Source: a virus
Length of the DNA stretch: 64,000 nt
IMG/VR virus record: IMGVR_UViG_3300042503_001836
Coordinates: 54,554-118,553 of that record
Direction: 5' to 3' (one strand)
Under the pieces are notes generated by a model. The model saw only the letters and a list, made by a program, of their open reading frames with translations, was not told the origin of the DNA and did no database searches. Shown here in pieces: positions 20,701 through 29,983 of the stretch; positions within the stretch are counted from its first letter, which is position 1, and the number at the start of each line of letters is the position of its first letter. The translations under genes were made by a program, and so were the position numbers.

Positions 20701-23700
20701 GGTTTGTTAAGAAACTCTTTTTGTTTGTCTGTTAGTTTAGGTGCAAATAAGTCAAGAGCCTTAGTGGCTAATGTTATAGCAGCAATGAAAGCAACAACCG
20801 CAGTAAGAATAATAGTAAGAGGGTTAGCAAAAAGAGGTGCTAAAAGCATAGCTAGTTTACCTATAAGAGGTACTGCCATGAGTGGCCCGGATGCACCTGA
20901 AGCAATCAAGGCAGCATTGGAAGCCATAGCGGTAGACGCAGCCACAGAAGCCGCAGTAGTAGCTGAAGCTAAACCTACATTAGCAGCATACGCAGCACCA
21001 GCACCAGCCACACCTAAAGCACCTACACCAAGAAAATCCATTACTGGATTAGCTTGACCTTTATTTCTTGCCTTGATTGCATCATCCCATTTAAAGTCAC
21101 CACCACCCCAGAAGCTTCTAATGTCAAGCTGTACGCCTTTAGAAGGTAATGTGTCAGCTAGTGATCCGCCTAACTTTTTAACATTGTTAGTTGCTTTATC
21201 AAAGGAGTCCGCCGTTTTTTGAACATTGGCTCTAATCTCAGTCAAACCGTTATTTAGTTCCTTAGTTGCTTCCTTGAGTGAATCACCCATAGGATTGCTA
21301 AAGTCACCTTTAGAGAACATCAAGATAGCAAAAGCGACCCCTATATGAGTTAATGCTTTTCCTAAGAATCCTAATGAAGCCGCAAACAGTTTATTTCTTG
21401 CAATTCCGGCATCCATAGCTGCATTAGCCGCACCCATTGAAGTTAGCATTAATTCACTAGCAGCTTTCATTGTAGTCATGAAGCCTATAAAAGCCTTTGC
21501 TGAACTACTGAACATTCCTGCGGCTGCACCAACTACACTCGTGATCATTGGCCAAAGAGCCATTTTTACTAAAGCCGTAGCTTGTTCAAACATGAACACC
21601 ATTGCTAGTAGTTCTACAACTCCTGGAGGAATGACTTTAAAAAACCCACTAAATACACCTTTAAGCCCGTCAATTATATTACCCGCTTGTTCAGCACCTT
21701 GTACTAAGCTGCCAAACATAGATGAAAAGCTAACATTACCATCACTCATAGACCGCATAACAGAATCTATAGTGCTAAAAAGTGCTACAACAAGATTACC
21801 TACACCACTATTCATGTTAGAAATTAGGTCTTTTTCTGCACCTAACCAGTTGTCAGCAACATCCGCAGTAATGCCAACAATTAAAGGCATCATGTTAGTA
21901 GCCATAACTGAAAAAGTTGCCATTAATAGGTGTTGCAAAGATCCAAGTAAAGTAACCAAGGGTTTAAACTTAGTCATAATTACTGTTAACCCTATTGCTA
22001 TGGTTGCAGCAAAACCAATGGCAAAAGATTGACCTAAAGGTATTAATGCTCCAAGACTCTTACTGAACAAAGATAAGCCATCAGCAAAAGTGCTAACAAA
22101 GAAACCTAGAGTTCCGCCTAACTTATCAGTAAATATTGTGGTTATTTCAAAACCCACATTACCTAGTTTATTTAATGCAACAACTAGCCCACCCGCTTGA
22201 CTAGCAGCCGAATTACCATAATCTTGTTTGAGTACCTTAGCAACTTTAGGTAAGATATCCTGAGATAACACACTACCAGATGAGATGAGAGCGTTCATTT
22301 CTGGTACTGACACACCCATAGCCTTAGCAAATACACCCATAGCTGGCGGGAATTTTTCGCCTAATTGCTGTCTTAATTCTTCCATTGACAGCTTACCTTT
22401 AGCCAGAATTTGAGTATAAGCCATGAAGACTAAACTTGCATCTTGACCAGTAATACCTAACGCGCTTAGAGATGCTGTTATACCTTCAAACAAATCTCTG
22501 ACACCTTGTCCTTCCATCTTACTATCTCTAGCTGCAATAGCTAATTGAGAATAAGAATTAGCCGCTACTTCAGAAGGAACATTCATTTTATTAGCAATGT
22601 CTTTGGCATACTTAAATTCTGCCTCGCCACCTGCCTTAGAGCCGCCTAAGAAAGTAAACCTTCTTTGTAATACTTCTACTCGCTGAATACCGTCCATTAA
22701 TCTAGCGACATGGGGTGAAACCATACTAACAGCCGCACCTATACCACCAATAATCGGAGCTAGAGGTAAGAATAAGGGACTTAAGGAAGCAAACAAAGAT
22801 GTTACAGGTGCTAAAGTTGCAGCAATAGACCCCATAAATTGCAACACATTCGGGAAAGTTGCGTCAGCTTCTTTTGGATCGCTAAACAGAACTTTTTTCA
22901 CACCAGATCCCATCTGGTTGTACATTTCCTTAAATTGATCCTGGGTAGCTACAGTACCCCGACTCATGCGCTTAAATATGACTCCAACAGCATCACCAAA
23001 GTTAGCTTGACCTAGTGCTTTTTTAGCATTGTATTCCAGGTCGTCTTTAGCGTTAGCAAGGTTACGTACAGAGTCTTTAAAACCTTCGGCTATAGATTTA
23101 CCCATATCAAAGCCTTTTTCCTTAAACTTAGCTTGTAAGCCAGTTAAGGATGCCATCAAACCCGCGGTAGCCGTATCTAAAAGTTTAGGATCGATGTTTT
23201 TAAGTTGCTGTGAAGACATACCAGCTTTTCTCAAGCCTTCTAGTAATAAGCCTTTCATAGCTTCTTGATCATTACCAGCATAGGCTTCGGTAAGTCTGCC
23301 AACAAAACCAGTAGAACGTGGAGCATTAACCAAACTTTGACGGAAAGTATCTAACCCACCAGAATCTCGCATCTGTTGGAAAGTTTTAAAAGCTACGCCA
23401 CGCTCACTTAAAACCTTTGCTGTAAGTGAGTCTAATTTACCTTGTGCTTTATCATCACCTAAAACTGCTCTAGAACGTTCAATATCACCCATTGCTTGCA
23501 TAAGTTTACGCTCATTATTGGTTGCCGCAATAGGATTATTTAGAATGTTTTGGCGTGCTGCGTCTAACTGTGCATCAGTCATAGCATCACGGGTAGTTTT
23601 ATTAACTCCACGTCTGCGTAACGCTTGTTTTGTCATAGCATCTAGCACTTGTGGAGATATAGGACTGAACTGCGATACCCCTTCTAAAGCCTTTTCTACT

Positions 23701-26700
23701 TTGTTTCTTTGAGTACCAAGAGAGTTAATTGTATTTACTATTGTTCCTGATTGTTGTTTTAGTTTATTCCCTGTTAATCCTTGTATAACAGAAGTAGGAA
23801 TCATAGGAATATTGAGATTTTCTAAAACACTGTCTATGGCAGTATTACCTAAATTCTCAATTAATTGTTGACTCGCTTGAGTACCTTTAGCATTACCTAA
23901 TCCTGCTTTTTTGCGATTAGCCGATGTTTGTTCTTGTAAAACTTGTTCAACAGTAGGAGCTTGGTTTCTAGGATTTGATCTTGATGATTGATCCAAACCT
24001 AAGATCCCACCAAAAGTATTCATGAACATTCCAAACATACCTAGTCCCATTGATGCAAGACCACCACCACCAACAATTGATGGTAAAGGGAACATGCTAG
24101 GGACAGGATTCATCATCTGGGATATGCCACCTAGTATCCCGTGTGTTTTTTGTCCAGATAACGAAGATAAATCTATTCTGGTAACAGAACTTAGTAATTT
24201 TGTTAAGAAACCACCGGGTTTTAAGACATCATTATTAAGTAAGTTCTTAATAATTGCGTTACCCAAGCCTAAAGTTAAGCCACCAAGTACAGGTATCAGT
24301 GGTTTTAGCATGGGTACAAGTTGCAATGTCTTGGGTATGAATTTCATAAACCAAGGCATTATAGAGCGAGTTTGAGACAACAGACCTTGATAAAGTGGCT
24401 GTTTTAAAGTATCAGCAAGAGAGAATAACGCCGCGTTTACAGCATTACGCATCACCTGGCCTAATGAAGCATAACCAGAAAGTGTGCTTTGACGGACACT
24501 ATCACTAACAGCAGTAAATAAATTAGTAATTAAGTCTTTACCCAGACTCAAATACTGACTCATCATTGTTGGTGGTACTGGAGGTATGGGCGGTGTAGGG
24601 GGTGTGGGTGGTGATGGCGGAGATGGCGGTGTGGGTGGTGATGGGGGTACTGGAGGTACTGGAGGTACAGGAGGTACTGGAGGTACAGGTCTAGGAGGAA
24701 CAGGAGGTACAGGAGGTCTAGGAGGAACAGGAGGTCTAGGAGGTACAGGAGGTACAGGTCTAGGAGCAGTAGTCCAAGGATCTGGAATTTGTGAATAACT
24801 ATCAAATAACCGGGACATATTACCAGCCATTAATGCATTTAAGTTAATACGTATGGGTGGGTAGGGCTGTGTAGCTTGTGTTCTAGTTGATAAGTGAGGT
24901 CTTGTTTGCTGAGTTTGCTGAACTGTACTAGCTAAATTAGTTCTTTGCTGTCCTAAGTTTCTATTTGTTGCAGGCACATTTTCAGTATTCTGTGCTTCAT
25001 AGTCTTCAGGTAGAGAATTAACAGCTCGCTTAGACTGTTGTAATATACTTGATATCTGTGGTTTAAAATAATTAGATAAGCCAAGGTATGCCGCTATTGA
25101 TTTACCTTCTATTACACCTTCTGCTAAATCTTGGGCAACATTAAGATCCTTTGATTTGTTATACTTACCTTCTTTGTAACCTTTAGCAATTGTTTGATGA
25201 TATGCGTCTATATTAGCCGCATAGTTAGCTACAAGAGCTTTTTGAGATTCTGTGGCTGTCTTACTTTCATTAACTGTTTTAACCATTAAATCAGCAATTC
25301 TCTTGTTAGCTAAGACTAAAGCAGCCACAGCACCATCTTCAAAACCCTCACCAAAATCTAGACCCATTTCTAGCATAACTTTTGATGGGGATGCAATCCC
25401 AAATATTCTTTTAATCGTAGATAATATACCTGTAGCAAACTTAGTAACTATCCCTAAAACGCCACCATTTGCAGACAAGAATCCTTGTCCAAAAGAAGTT
25501 ATTAAATTAATACCAATGTCTTTTAAACTTCCGCCTTTGCTAAATGCAGATTTGGCACTGTTAAATAAATTGCCTAAAATAGTATCACTGCCAAAGTCTT
25601 TTTTAACACCTGATAATAGATTAGATAGAGGGTTTGCAGGTTGATCAAACTCTTCTAGATAAGATTTAATTTCTGGGTGTTGTGTAAACGCATTATAGTC
25701 AGCATTTGAGTTAAAAGCAGTGCGTGCTTTTTCTTGTAACTGTTTAAGTTTTTCAGATGAAACCGTGTGTGATTGAATGTAAGGTTTTCCACCAATAATG
25801 GAATGTGCCTTATCAGATAATTGAAATTCTTTTTGTTGTGGATGACCACTCAATGCAAAAAGAGTATTATTATCATTGTCTACTTTTCCATAACCCTTGT
25901 ACTTGTCTAGATACTTCAAGCCCATGTTTTGAGCTAACTTAGGATGTTTCAATAAGAAATTATTTAATTTGGTAGCAATACCGAAGGGTGTACTAAACCC
26001 AGTCATTAAATTTGTATCGTGCGTCCAGTCATAGACATCGCTTATCTGTAACCCACCCTCTTTATTGCGTCCATAATTAAAACCGCCTAAAGTGTAATGT
26101 AAATTTTTAAATCCGGGTATTTGACTAACTTCATTGCCTACAGTACCACTACCCACTTCCCAATTTGAAGGAATTTTAGTTGTTTTATTTTTTGAAGCAA
26201 AGTCAAGCATAGACCTGTACATTACTGCTAGTTCTGCCTCTCTAGCAGTACGCCCCTGCAATTTATGAACATCAGTATTTCCTTGATAATAAGCACCTAA
26301 ATGTTTAACTGGTTCTGATAGTTTATTTCCTAGTATGCCAGTATTTCCCAGTGCAACCATAGATGCGCCAAGTATTGATCCAAAAGTTGTCTTTTTCTCA
26401 TGTTTATTGCTTTGCTCATAAACACCCTTAGTAGCTTTAGCACTACCATCAACGGCATTTTCAACAATGGAATCATATGTATTAATGTTCTCAGAATTAA
26501 ATAAATCTAATTCTTTAATTCCCGTATCCACAGCTTTCGCTAATAACTGACTAGCACCTGATACATCAACAACACCTTGTTTAATACCAATAGCCAGACC
26601 TGACGCAATCATTACACCCAAGGCAATCATCACCTTTGAAGGTGAACTAATGCCCATGTTTTGTTTAATCTGATTTTGAATAGCGTCACCAGTAGTATTT

Positions 26701-29700
26701 ATAGCTTTAGAAGATAAGGCAACCGTGCTTAATATACCTTGGCTCAAACCTTCGTTAGTCTGTTTACCGATCTTAATGAAATTATTTAAGGGTGAGTGAA
26801 GTTTTGCACCTAGTGACCCCACAACATTAGCTATTCCTTGAGGTGCGCCATAATCTGCAACACTAGAAGCTATAGCATCTTTCACTGGTAAACCCTGACC
26901 AACTTTAGATTTAGATTTTCTATATAAATCTAAAGGTACAGACAAAGTATCAACAACAGCATCAACACCATAACCAGCAGTTGCAAAATTAGAATTTGCA
27001 CCAGTACCTAAACCTGTAGGTACAACCTTCATGACACTGCTAATGGCTCTTACTATTTCACTCTTACTGAGTTTAAGGTCTTTCAAATTGTCATTTAAAA
27101 CACTCTTAAACGTAGACATATAATCAAGGGAAGTATCAGCTTGTAACTTCGCCTTAGTTTGTCCATGAGCTTGAGTAACAGCTTTAGTAATAGCACTATT
27201 TCTTAATAATGCGGTCATACCAGCTTGAGCAGCATCAACGGCACTGACAGTCATCGGATTAGCACCAAGACCTAACGCGCCAGCTTTAGCAATATTTATA
27301 GTGTGATCAAAAGCCGCTCTAGGTGTAGTCAAAGTTTTATCAGCAACAATGCTATTTACAAAATCTTTAGCAGACCCACCTACAGACTGAAATAAAGTTT
27401 CACTAGGGTTTGCTGCATGCCGTTCTCCAACCTTACCTAGTATTTTCAATCCCGTATCCGTAGCACTTAGACCAGCACTTCCATACGTGCTAATTGATGT
27501 AAGTCCAGGTATTACACTGGTTGCACCAAGAGCTGGATCAGCAAAGGTTTTTACTGCACCTACAATATCAGTTACAGTTGATACCATTTGTCTTGCACCT
27601 TGAGCAACCTTGCTATTACCTTTTTGCATTCCCAAAAACAAACCCGAAGTTATCATCAGACCCATCTCAAACATCAACCAAGATGGTGACTGGATCTGCA
27701 TTTTGGTTTGGACTACTTTAATAAAGTCATCGAGCATAACACGGGCAGCATTGGACACCCCACCTGCACCATGTTTAATCCCGTTTTGCAAACCTTTAGG
27801 AATTTCTACTCCATGCTGTTGTGCTAACTCTGTATAACCCTTTAATTGCTGATCAAATAGTTTTTTGTCAGCGAGGTTTAACTTGCCTTCTAAATGTCCC
27901 GCGTTTTTTCTATTATTTTCTAGAGGTGATTTAGCTCTGCCGTGAATCCCGCTTAATTCACTATTAATATCTTTGCTAAAGCCAGCATCCTCACCCATTT
28001 TTACATATTTATCAACAGTAGCAACGGCTTCTTTAGAGCGACTAATAAAAGTAACAACTTCAGCTCTTGCTGATTTAAGTTCTTCATGCGTACCTACTGC
28101 GGTAGCTTGTTTAACTTTCGCCTGTATTCTCTTATATTCATCTGCAAAATATTTTTTAATAGATGTTAATGCTTTATCAATCTCATCTAAGGAAGTCTGA
28201 GCATATTTTTTTGTATTAGCTGTTTTATCAGAAGAAACAGGCGGTAAAGGTATTAATTTATTTTCGGCTGCCGTAGCATCTTTATAGCCTTGGGATATAT
28301 CAATATTTTTAACTATTTCAGATTGAATTGTTTGGAAAAGTGGCTTAATCTGCTCAGGAATATTAACAGGAATTGGTTCTAATTCCCGTTTTTTAGCTGG
28401 TGGGGGTAATGGTACTTTATTTTCCTTAGCTGGTGGCTGCTTAGGTAAAGGTGCTGAATCTTTCCAAGGATCTGAAATAACTTCAGAAACAAAAGGTTTA
28501 CTGGTTTTAGATTTTGATACAGCTTGAGATTCAGATTTCATACCTATGGAGGCATCACTCAAAGCTTTAGCAGCATTTTTTAAATCGGCTGCGGCTTCTT
28601 TAAGTACATCTGAAGAAGATTTAACAACAGGTGTAACAGGCTTATTTAATACACCTTTACTTAAAAAATCTTTAATGATAGGTGCTGTATTTGGTAATAA
28701 TTTATCAAAGGCAATCTCCACAACTTTTTTAGATTCAGAAGCCAAACCTTGACCTATAAACGTACTTGTAGAATCTTTTTTACCACTTTCAGCCGCATCA
28801 AAGAACCAGCCTACAGCATTTTGAACACCAGATGATGAGTTTTGAGTAACTGAACTGGCCGATTTTCTAACTTGTCTAATAGTCGCTAATTTAGCCCTTT
28901 GAGCAATACTCTCAACACTAATATTAATACTGTCAGAAAATGCCGTATTTATTTCTGACACTGTACTAGAAATAACGCTGGGATTATCTTTAGCTATATT
29001 TTCTTTAAATGATTTAACTCCAGACTTACTACTTTTTTTAGTCTTAATTCCTACACCAAAAGAATTTAAAAAACTATCTGCCGCCTTTTCACCAACATCA
29101 CTCATATCAATGTTAGCGTTTTTCTTAATAGATTGGCGCATCCCTTTAGATATTTCTGAACCAAAACCCATTGAGATTCCTTCAAGAAACCCAGTCAATA
29201 AATCTTTACCTGGTTTTAAAATAATACTAACTGCTTGGTCTATTTGACTATTACCCGTAATTTCTTTAATACCTCCAAACATTGTTTTTAATTCTTCCAC
29301 TACTTCTTGAGTGTTAGCATTAACAACACTGTCACTAGATTTTACGCCTTTAGATATTGCATCAATAAAAGCATTTTCAATACTGCTAGAAACACCACTG
29401 ATAGCACTAAGAATACCTTTTTCAATTCCTTCTGCTATCGATTGAGAAACTTCTTGCTTAGAAGAATCTGTAATCTTAATATCTAGATTTTCTTCTGTTT
29501 CAATTATGTATCGCTTACTAGATAAATTACCCAATCTTTGTTCTAATTCATCTAATTTAGTAACATCAGTATTAACAGCTATGGGGTTGCTATCAAAATA
29601 TTTATTAACTTCCTTAAGGTGCTGTACTTTAGTATGTAAATGTTTATTTAAATCAACAAGTTGATCGTCGTCAACATTAACAACAATCGGATTATTATTA

Positions 29701-29921
29701 AAATATTTATTAACTTCTTTAAGGTGTTGTACTTTAAGATTTAGATGTTTATTTAAGTCAGCTAAACTATCATCGTCAACATTAATTTCTAAATTAATTT
29801 TATCAAAACTTTTTTCAATACTTGCAGCCGCTTCATAGGCTTTCTTTTTAGCCTGTTCTAGAGATTTTTCTAATTGTGCAGTATCAGCACACAATTCAAC
29901 AATTAACTCACCTAAATTCAT
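14769..29921 (-). CDS. Giant tape measure protein with M23 peptidase, L,D-transpeptidase-like (DUF2778-like) and lambda-type lysozyme domains
   Basis: MNLGELIVEL start; tape-measure domain AYTQILAKGKLSMEELRQQLGE; HNKVDF..YGHL..HLDF (M23); GFH..GSSGCIVF; AEG..TAAGRYQ..FSPGMQD (lysozyme); C-terminal FADGG..SEGERVL; position after the tail chaperone. Confidence 0.93.
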   Translation of the reverse strand: MNLGELIVELCADTAQLEKSLEQAKKKAYEAAASIEKSFDKINLEINVDDDSLADLNKHLNLKVQHLKEVNKYFNNNPIVVNVDDDQLVDLNKHLHTKVQHLKEVNKYFDSNPIAVNTDVTKLDELEQRLGNLSSKRYIIETEENLDIKITDSSKQEVSQSIAEGIEKGILSAISGVSSSIENAFIDAISKGVKSSDSVVNANTQEVVEELKTMFGGIKEITGNSQIDQAVSIILKPGKDLLTGFLEGISMGFGSEISKGMRQSIKKNANIDMSDVGEKAADSFLNSFGVGIKTKKSSKSGVKSFKENIAKDNPSVISSTVSEINTAFSDSINISVESIAQRAKLATIRQVRKSASSVTQNSSSGVQNAVGWFFDAAESGKKDSTSTFIGQGLASESKKVVEIAFDKLLPNTAPIIKDFLSKGVLNKPVTPVVKSSSDVLKEAAADLKNAAKALSDASIGMKSESQAVSKSKTSKPFVSEVISDPWKDSAPLPKQPPAKENKVPLPPPAKKRELEPIPVNIPEQIKPLFQTIQSEIVKNIDISQGYKDATAAENKLIPLPPVSSDKTANTKKYAQTSLDEIDKALTSIKKYFADEYKRIQAKVKQATAVGTHEELKSARAEVVTFISRSKEAVATVDKYVKMGEDAGFSKDINSELSGIHGRAKSPLENNRKNAGHLEGKLNLADKKLFDQQLKGYTELAQQHGVEIPKGLQNGIKHGAGGVSNAARVMLDDFIKVVQTKMQIQSPSWLMFEMGLMITSGLFLGMQKGNSKVAQGARQMVSTVTDIVGAVKTFADPALGATSVIPGLTSISTYGSAGLSATDTGLKILGKVGERHAANPSETLFQSVGGSAKDFVNSIVADKTLTTPRAAFDHTINIAKAGALGLGANPMTVSAVDAAQAGMTALLRNSAITKAVTQAHGQTKAKLQADTSLDYMSTFKSVLNDNLKDLKLSKSEIVRAISSVMKVVPTGLGTGANSNFATAGYGVDAVVDTLSVPLDLYRKSKSKVGQGLPVKDAIASSVADYGAPQGIANVVGSLGAKLHSPLNNFIKIGKQTNEGLSQGILSTVALSSKAINTTGDAIQNQIKQNMGISSPSKVMIALGVMIASGLAIGIKQGVVDVSGASQLLAKAVDTGIKELDLFNSENINTYDSIVENAVDGSAKATKGVYEQSNKHEKKTTFGSILGASMVALGNTGILGNKLSEPVKHLGAYYQGNTDVHKLQGRTAREAELAVMYRSMLDFASKNKTTKIPSNWEVGSGTVGNEVSQIPGFKNLHYTLGGFNYGRNKEGGLQISDVYDWTHDTNLMTGFSTPFGIATKLNNFLLKHPKLAQNMGLKYLDKYKGYGKVDNDNNTLFALSGHPQQKEFQLSDKAHSIIGGKPYIQSHTVSSEKLKQLQEKARTAFNSNADYNAFTQHPEIKSYLEEFDQPANPLSNLLSGVKKDFGSDTILGNLFNSAKSAFSKGGSLKDIGINLITSFGQGFLSANGGVLGIVTKFATGILSTIKRIFGIASPSKVMLEMGLDFGEGFEDGAVAALVLANKRIADLMVKTVNESKTATESQKALVANYAANIDAYHQTIAKGYKEGKYNKSKDLNVAQDLAEGVIEGKSIAAYLGLSNYFKPQISSILQQSKRAVNSLPEDYEAQNTENVPATNRNLGQQRTNLASTVQQTQQTRPHLSTRTQATQPYPPIRINLNALMAGNMSRLFDSYSQIPDPWTTAPRPVPPVPPRPPVPPRPPVPPVPPRPVPPVPPVPPVPPVPPSPPTPPSPPSPPTPPTPPIPPVPPTMMSQYLSLGKDLITNLFTAVSDSVRQSTLSGYASLGQVMRNAVNAALFSLADTLKQPLYQGLLSQTRSIMPWFMKFIPKTLQLVPMLKPLIPVLGGLTLGLGNAIIKNLLNNDVLKPGGFLTKLLSSVTRIDLSSLSGQKTHGILGGISQMMNPVPSMFPLPSIVGGGGLASMGLGMFGMFMNTFGGILGLDQSSRSNPRNQAPTVEQVLQEQTSANRKKAGLGNAKGTQASQQLIENLGNTAIDSVLENLNIPMIPTSVIQGLTGNKLKQQSGTIVNTINSLGTQRNKVEKALEGVSQFSPISPQVLDAMTKQALRRRGVNKTTRDAMTDAQLDAARQNILNNPIAATNNERKLMQAMGDIERSRAVLGDDKAQGKLDSLTAKVLSERGVAFKTFQQMRDSGGLDTFRQSLVNAPRSTGFVGRLTEAYAGNDQEAMKGLLLEGLRKAGMSSQQLKNIDPKLLDTATAGLMASLTGLQAKFKEKGFDMGKSIAEGFKDSVRNLANAKDDLEYNAKKALGQANFGDAVGVIFKRMSRGTVATQDQFKEMYNQMGSGVKKVLFSDPKEADATFPNVLQFMGSIAATLAPVTSLFASLSPLFLPLAPIIGGIGAAVSMVSPHVARLMDGIQRVEVLQRRFTFLGGSKAGGEAEFKYAKDIANKMNVPSEVAANSYSQLAIAARDSKMEGQGVRDLFEGITASLSALGITGQDASLVFMAYTQILAKGKLSMEELRQQLGEKFPPAMGVFAKAMGVSVPEMNALISSGSVLSQDILPKVAKVLKQDYGNSAASQAGGLVVALNKLGNVGFEITTIFTDKLGGTLGFFVSTFADGLSLFSKSLGALIPLGQSFAIGFAATIAIGLTVIMTKFKPLVTLLGSLQHLLMATFSVMATNMMPLIVGITADVADNWLGAEKDLISNMNSGVGNLVVALFSTIDSVMRSMSDGNVSFSSMFGSLVQGAEQAGNIIDGLKGVFSGFFKVIPPGVVELLAMVFMFEQATALVKMALWPMITSVVGAAAGMFSSSAKAFIGFMTTMKAASELMLTSMGAANAAMDAGIARNKLFAASLGFLGKALTHIGVAFAILMFSKGDFSNPMGDSLKEATKELNNGLTEIRANVQKTADSFDKATNNVKKLGGSLADTLPSKGVQLDIRSFWGGGDFKWDDAIKARNKGQANPVMDFLGVGALGVAGAGAAYAANVGLASATTAASVAASTAMASNAALIASGASGPLMAVPLIGKLAMLLAPLFANPLTIILTAVVAFIAAITLATKALDLFAPKLTDKQKEFLNKPENKGIKSYFDTEDPNARLTNAQQQVIKYFEDQEKNIQNLKEFASSQGFTGKPSDFVADIKPLTIEQQQKFNANKDISNLNRQIEDNNNRRLAVLADAKARGASPQEIKDIQNSADFKNLENQSKQMRNTLAIKSSEFEVGDRLENRKIMEDLDKKIPQKKAEFEKLTVPTFFNRRDKKIKEEYEKAKEELQALENQRKNQEIIIKTSIQRAFDFKEIKNIDKQLEAATKRSVELNKALPSDKVRKEQGEVKQLIQQLYKKREDLVNSFGSPLPMLERMLKQEEEYKQKLQLGAVEGVTGNLIPAAVQKTQARIDQLKNMIAGAKPFDVRPMEEALYTQATNAVKDANTRFERATSANRIKSNLSQAKIYASSGTAQQIAPELSNIQLADLSSQRTLLTEKINSDQAALDKISQVIAAGGTNLNEAQAEFDKLRGDITKDREALAQNSQEMAKAQRDMKQALIDQTKQVAEYYRASVREAQAVSIEFQKAQKTLEGSRMQNKLREALIGAGDNIYTQFIEGLINIISQTTEMEKRQLDAKKQEIDYQNNIDDIKLRASELQRSLPGKIVPFDEDKIKEFDDQLRTVQGSVVGINSDVQEVVKSLGQDAVIATSGLNDAFKGLGDTVTGVGTKLDVTLGKLNQVTNENNSSDWAGNLLNTVGRVFGGITSAVSSAITPPTTQDAASATPAPTVIPTVANQFTSPIKNTTIQDLINYKPTFGQSVMGQRPGRLHNKVDFDSRVKGGAGAEVIASLAGVAKLQKWGGQDAAVFVNSILPSGTKITIEYGHLALNSIKNTLGDLSKPVQVQAGQKLGNVLGHHLDFGVKANGRYINPQVFLANLAKGDYGAIASQPPATAKTKANTVTPASQSKGESVIRMQRLGQKDEFGLEKIQLAVIKQGKIVDRFIVNSGKADTQIFGGAGETKAGSKQPVEFGSYRLGKTTPSGNKAKMGNEFIRLEPDFKTERTAIGFHIDKDRLVDPGSSGCIVFANEAEFNKFKQALKSTGIKSFVFDQAVGAVEIAKNVASQVKPLPKRQPVPILPPVPGTIGIKNSSGISQGGNDLSPEEYAKLTPLGKQLYELRKNKYILALANAVANAEGSDFRKNTRNFGYGLTIGGENVTDFSKHPYVGTGRKPTWIKWINNSSTAAGRYQMMNFNASIQAAKKQFGKNAMPDMFKLTDYQGQDQPSFSPGMQDLYFIHSLKSRGVLDQVLKGQVDTSVLNKLALHYASIQSGKNRSAYKGQGTPQGQHGNFLKTYQENLNRLNQLVNTGGTLTPDEMQSNVTDATNLKFNTADGQNAANSMNTESQLLTDRTQQLLGLYRLLRQTTESMFQIQSSMKDTDLDIWKTIREGLSPNMSNVERFLIGYQELIRSLEKKREALEKTVRDTQGVIDNEKLLKAAFVASLEKFPDSPEQALNAINTNNEVFKTTVLQNIQAKKALAELNQNTPKILEARVEQFNREEISRRTGVTLQTEKLRISLLQKQVEQRKLLQQLNPLDPRSARTADLEANLALLNTENEYKEKLNAITNEENSRSISSEEAKKRRDYVKEEFERNKQNIELKQKNDRIAENANIPSRLLERVQFIQDSFKGVQESRSSLLKAYGLDFRAEKIDKQLAINNQQMDFAKATLQLDDFIRKNAEATEANKLTNEQINTLRENLKLTNEAKLDAIKLQFSELGTVVKGVTSSFRGGFKEFLLSTKGFGESVSDLFNSIMKGFLDPLADMASKRMTDALFGWTEGLFGNKKKDEKPTDGINAVKGLADLSVGANGLNLAGMTLNQAGQMLMQAALTLSSQTVANTAMDAGGDIFSSLLGGTFDILSGSVFNANSMGFNPTPGLFDAIPTDFGFATLPMFADGGIVGVMNKERSITGRKPHLIVASEGERVLNHKETAIWNKLQSGVAGFANGGVVGAGGNGSMASKIGNTTTINVPVSVEVGSDSEVDTYRLSQAVQAMVSDGIRREMRVGGSINRGNPYNR
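24570..24770. repeat. Pro-rich 9-nt tandem repeats (PPV/PPR/PPT/PPS)n inside the tape measure gene
   Basis: GGAGGTACA/GGAGGTACT/GGAGGTCTA/GGAGGAACA units. Confidence 0.9.
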
Positions 29922-29983
29922 AATAATAATCTCCTCTTATAAAAAAAGATTGTAAATTCGTAATTAAAATTCGTAATTTACAA

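Noticed and set aside
15388-28752. Many plus-strand ORFs inside the tape measure gene, including Gly-rich 24586-24798
   Set aside because: Antisense shadows of the 5050-aa ORF and its Pro repeat
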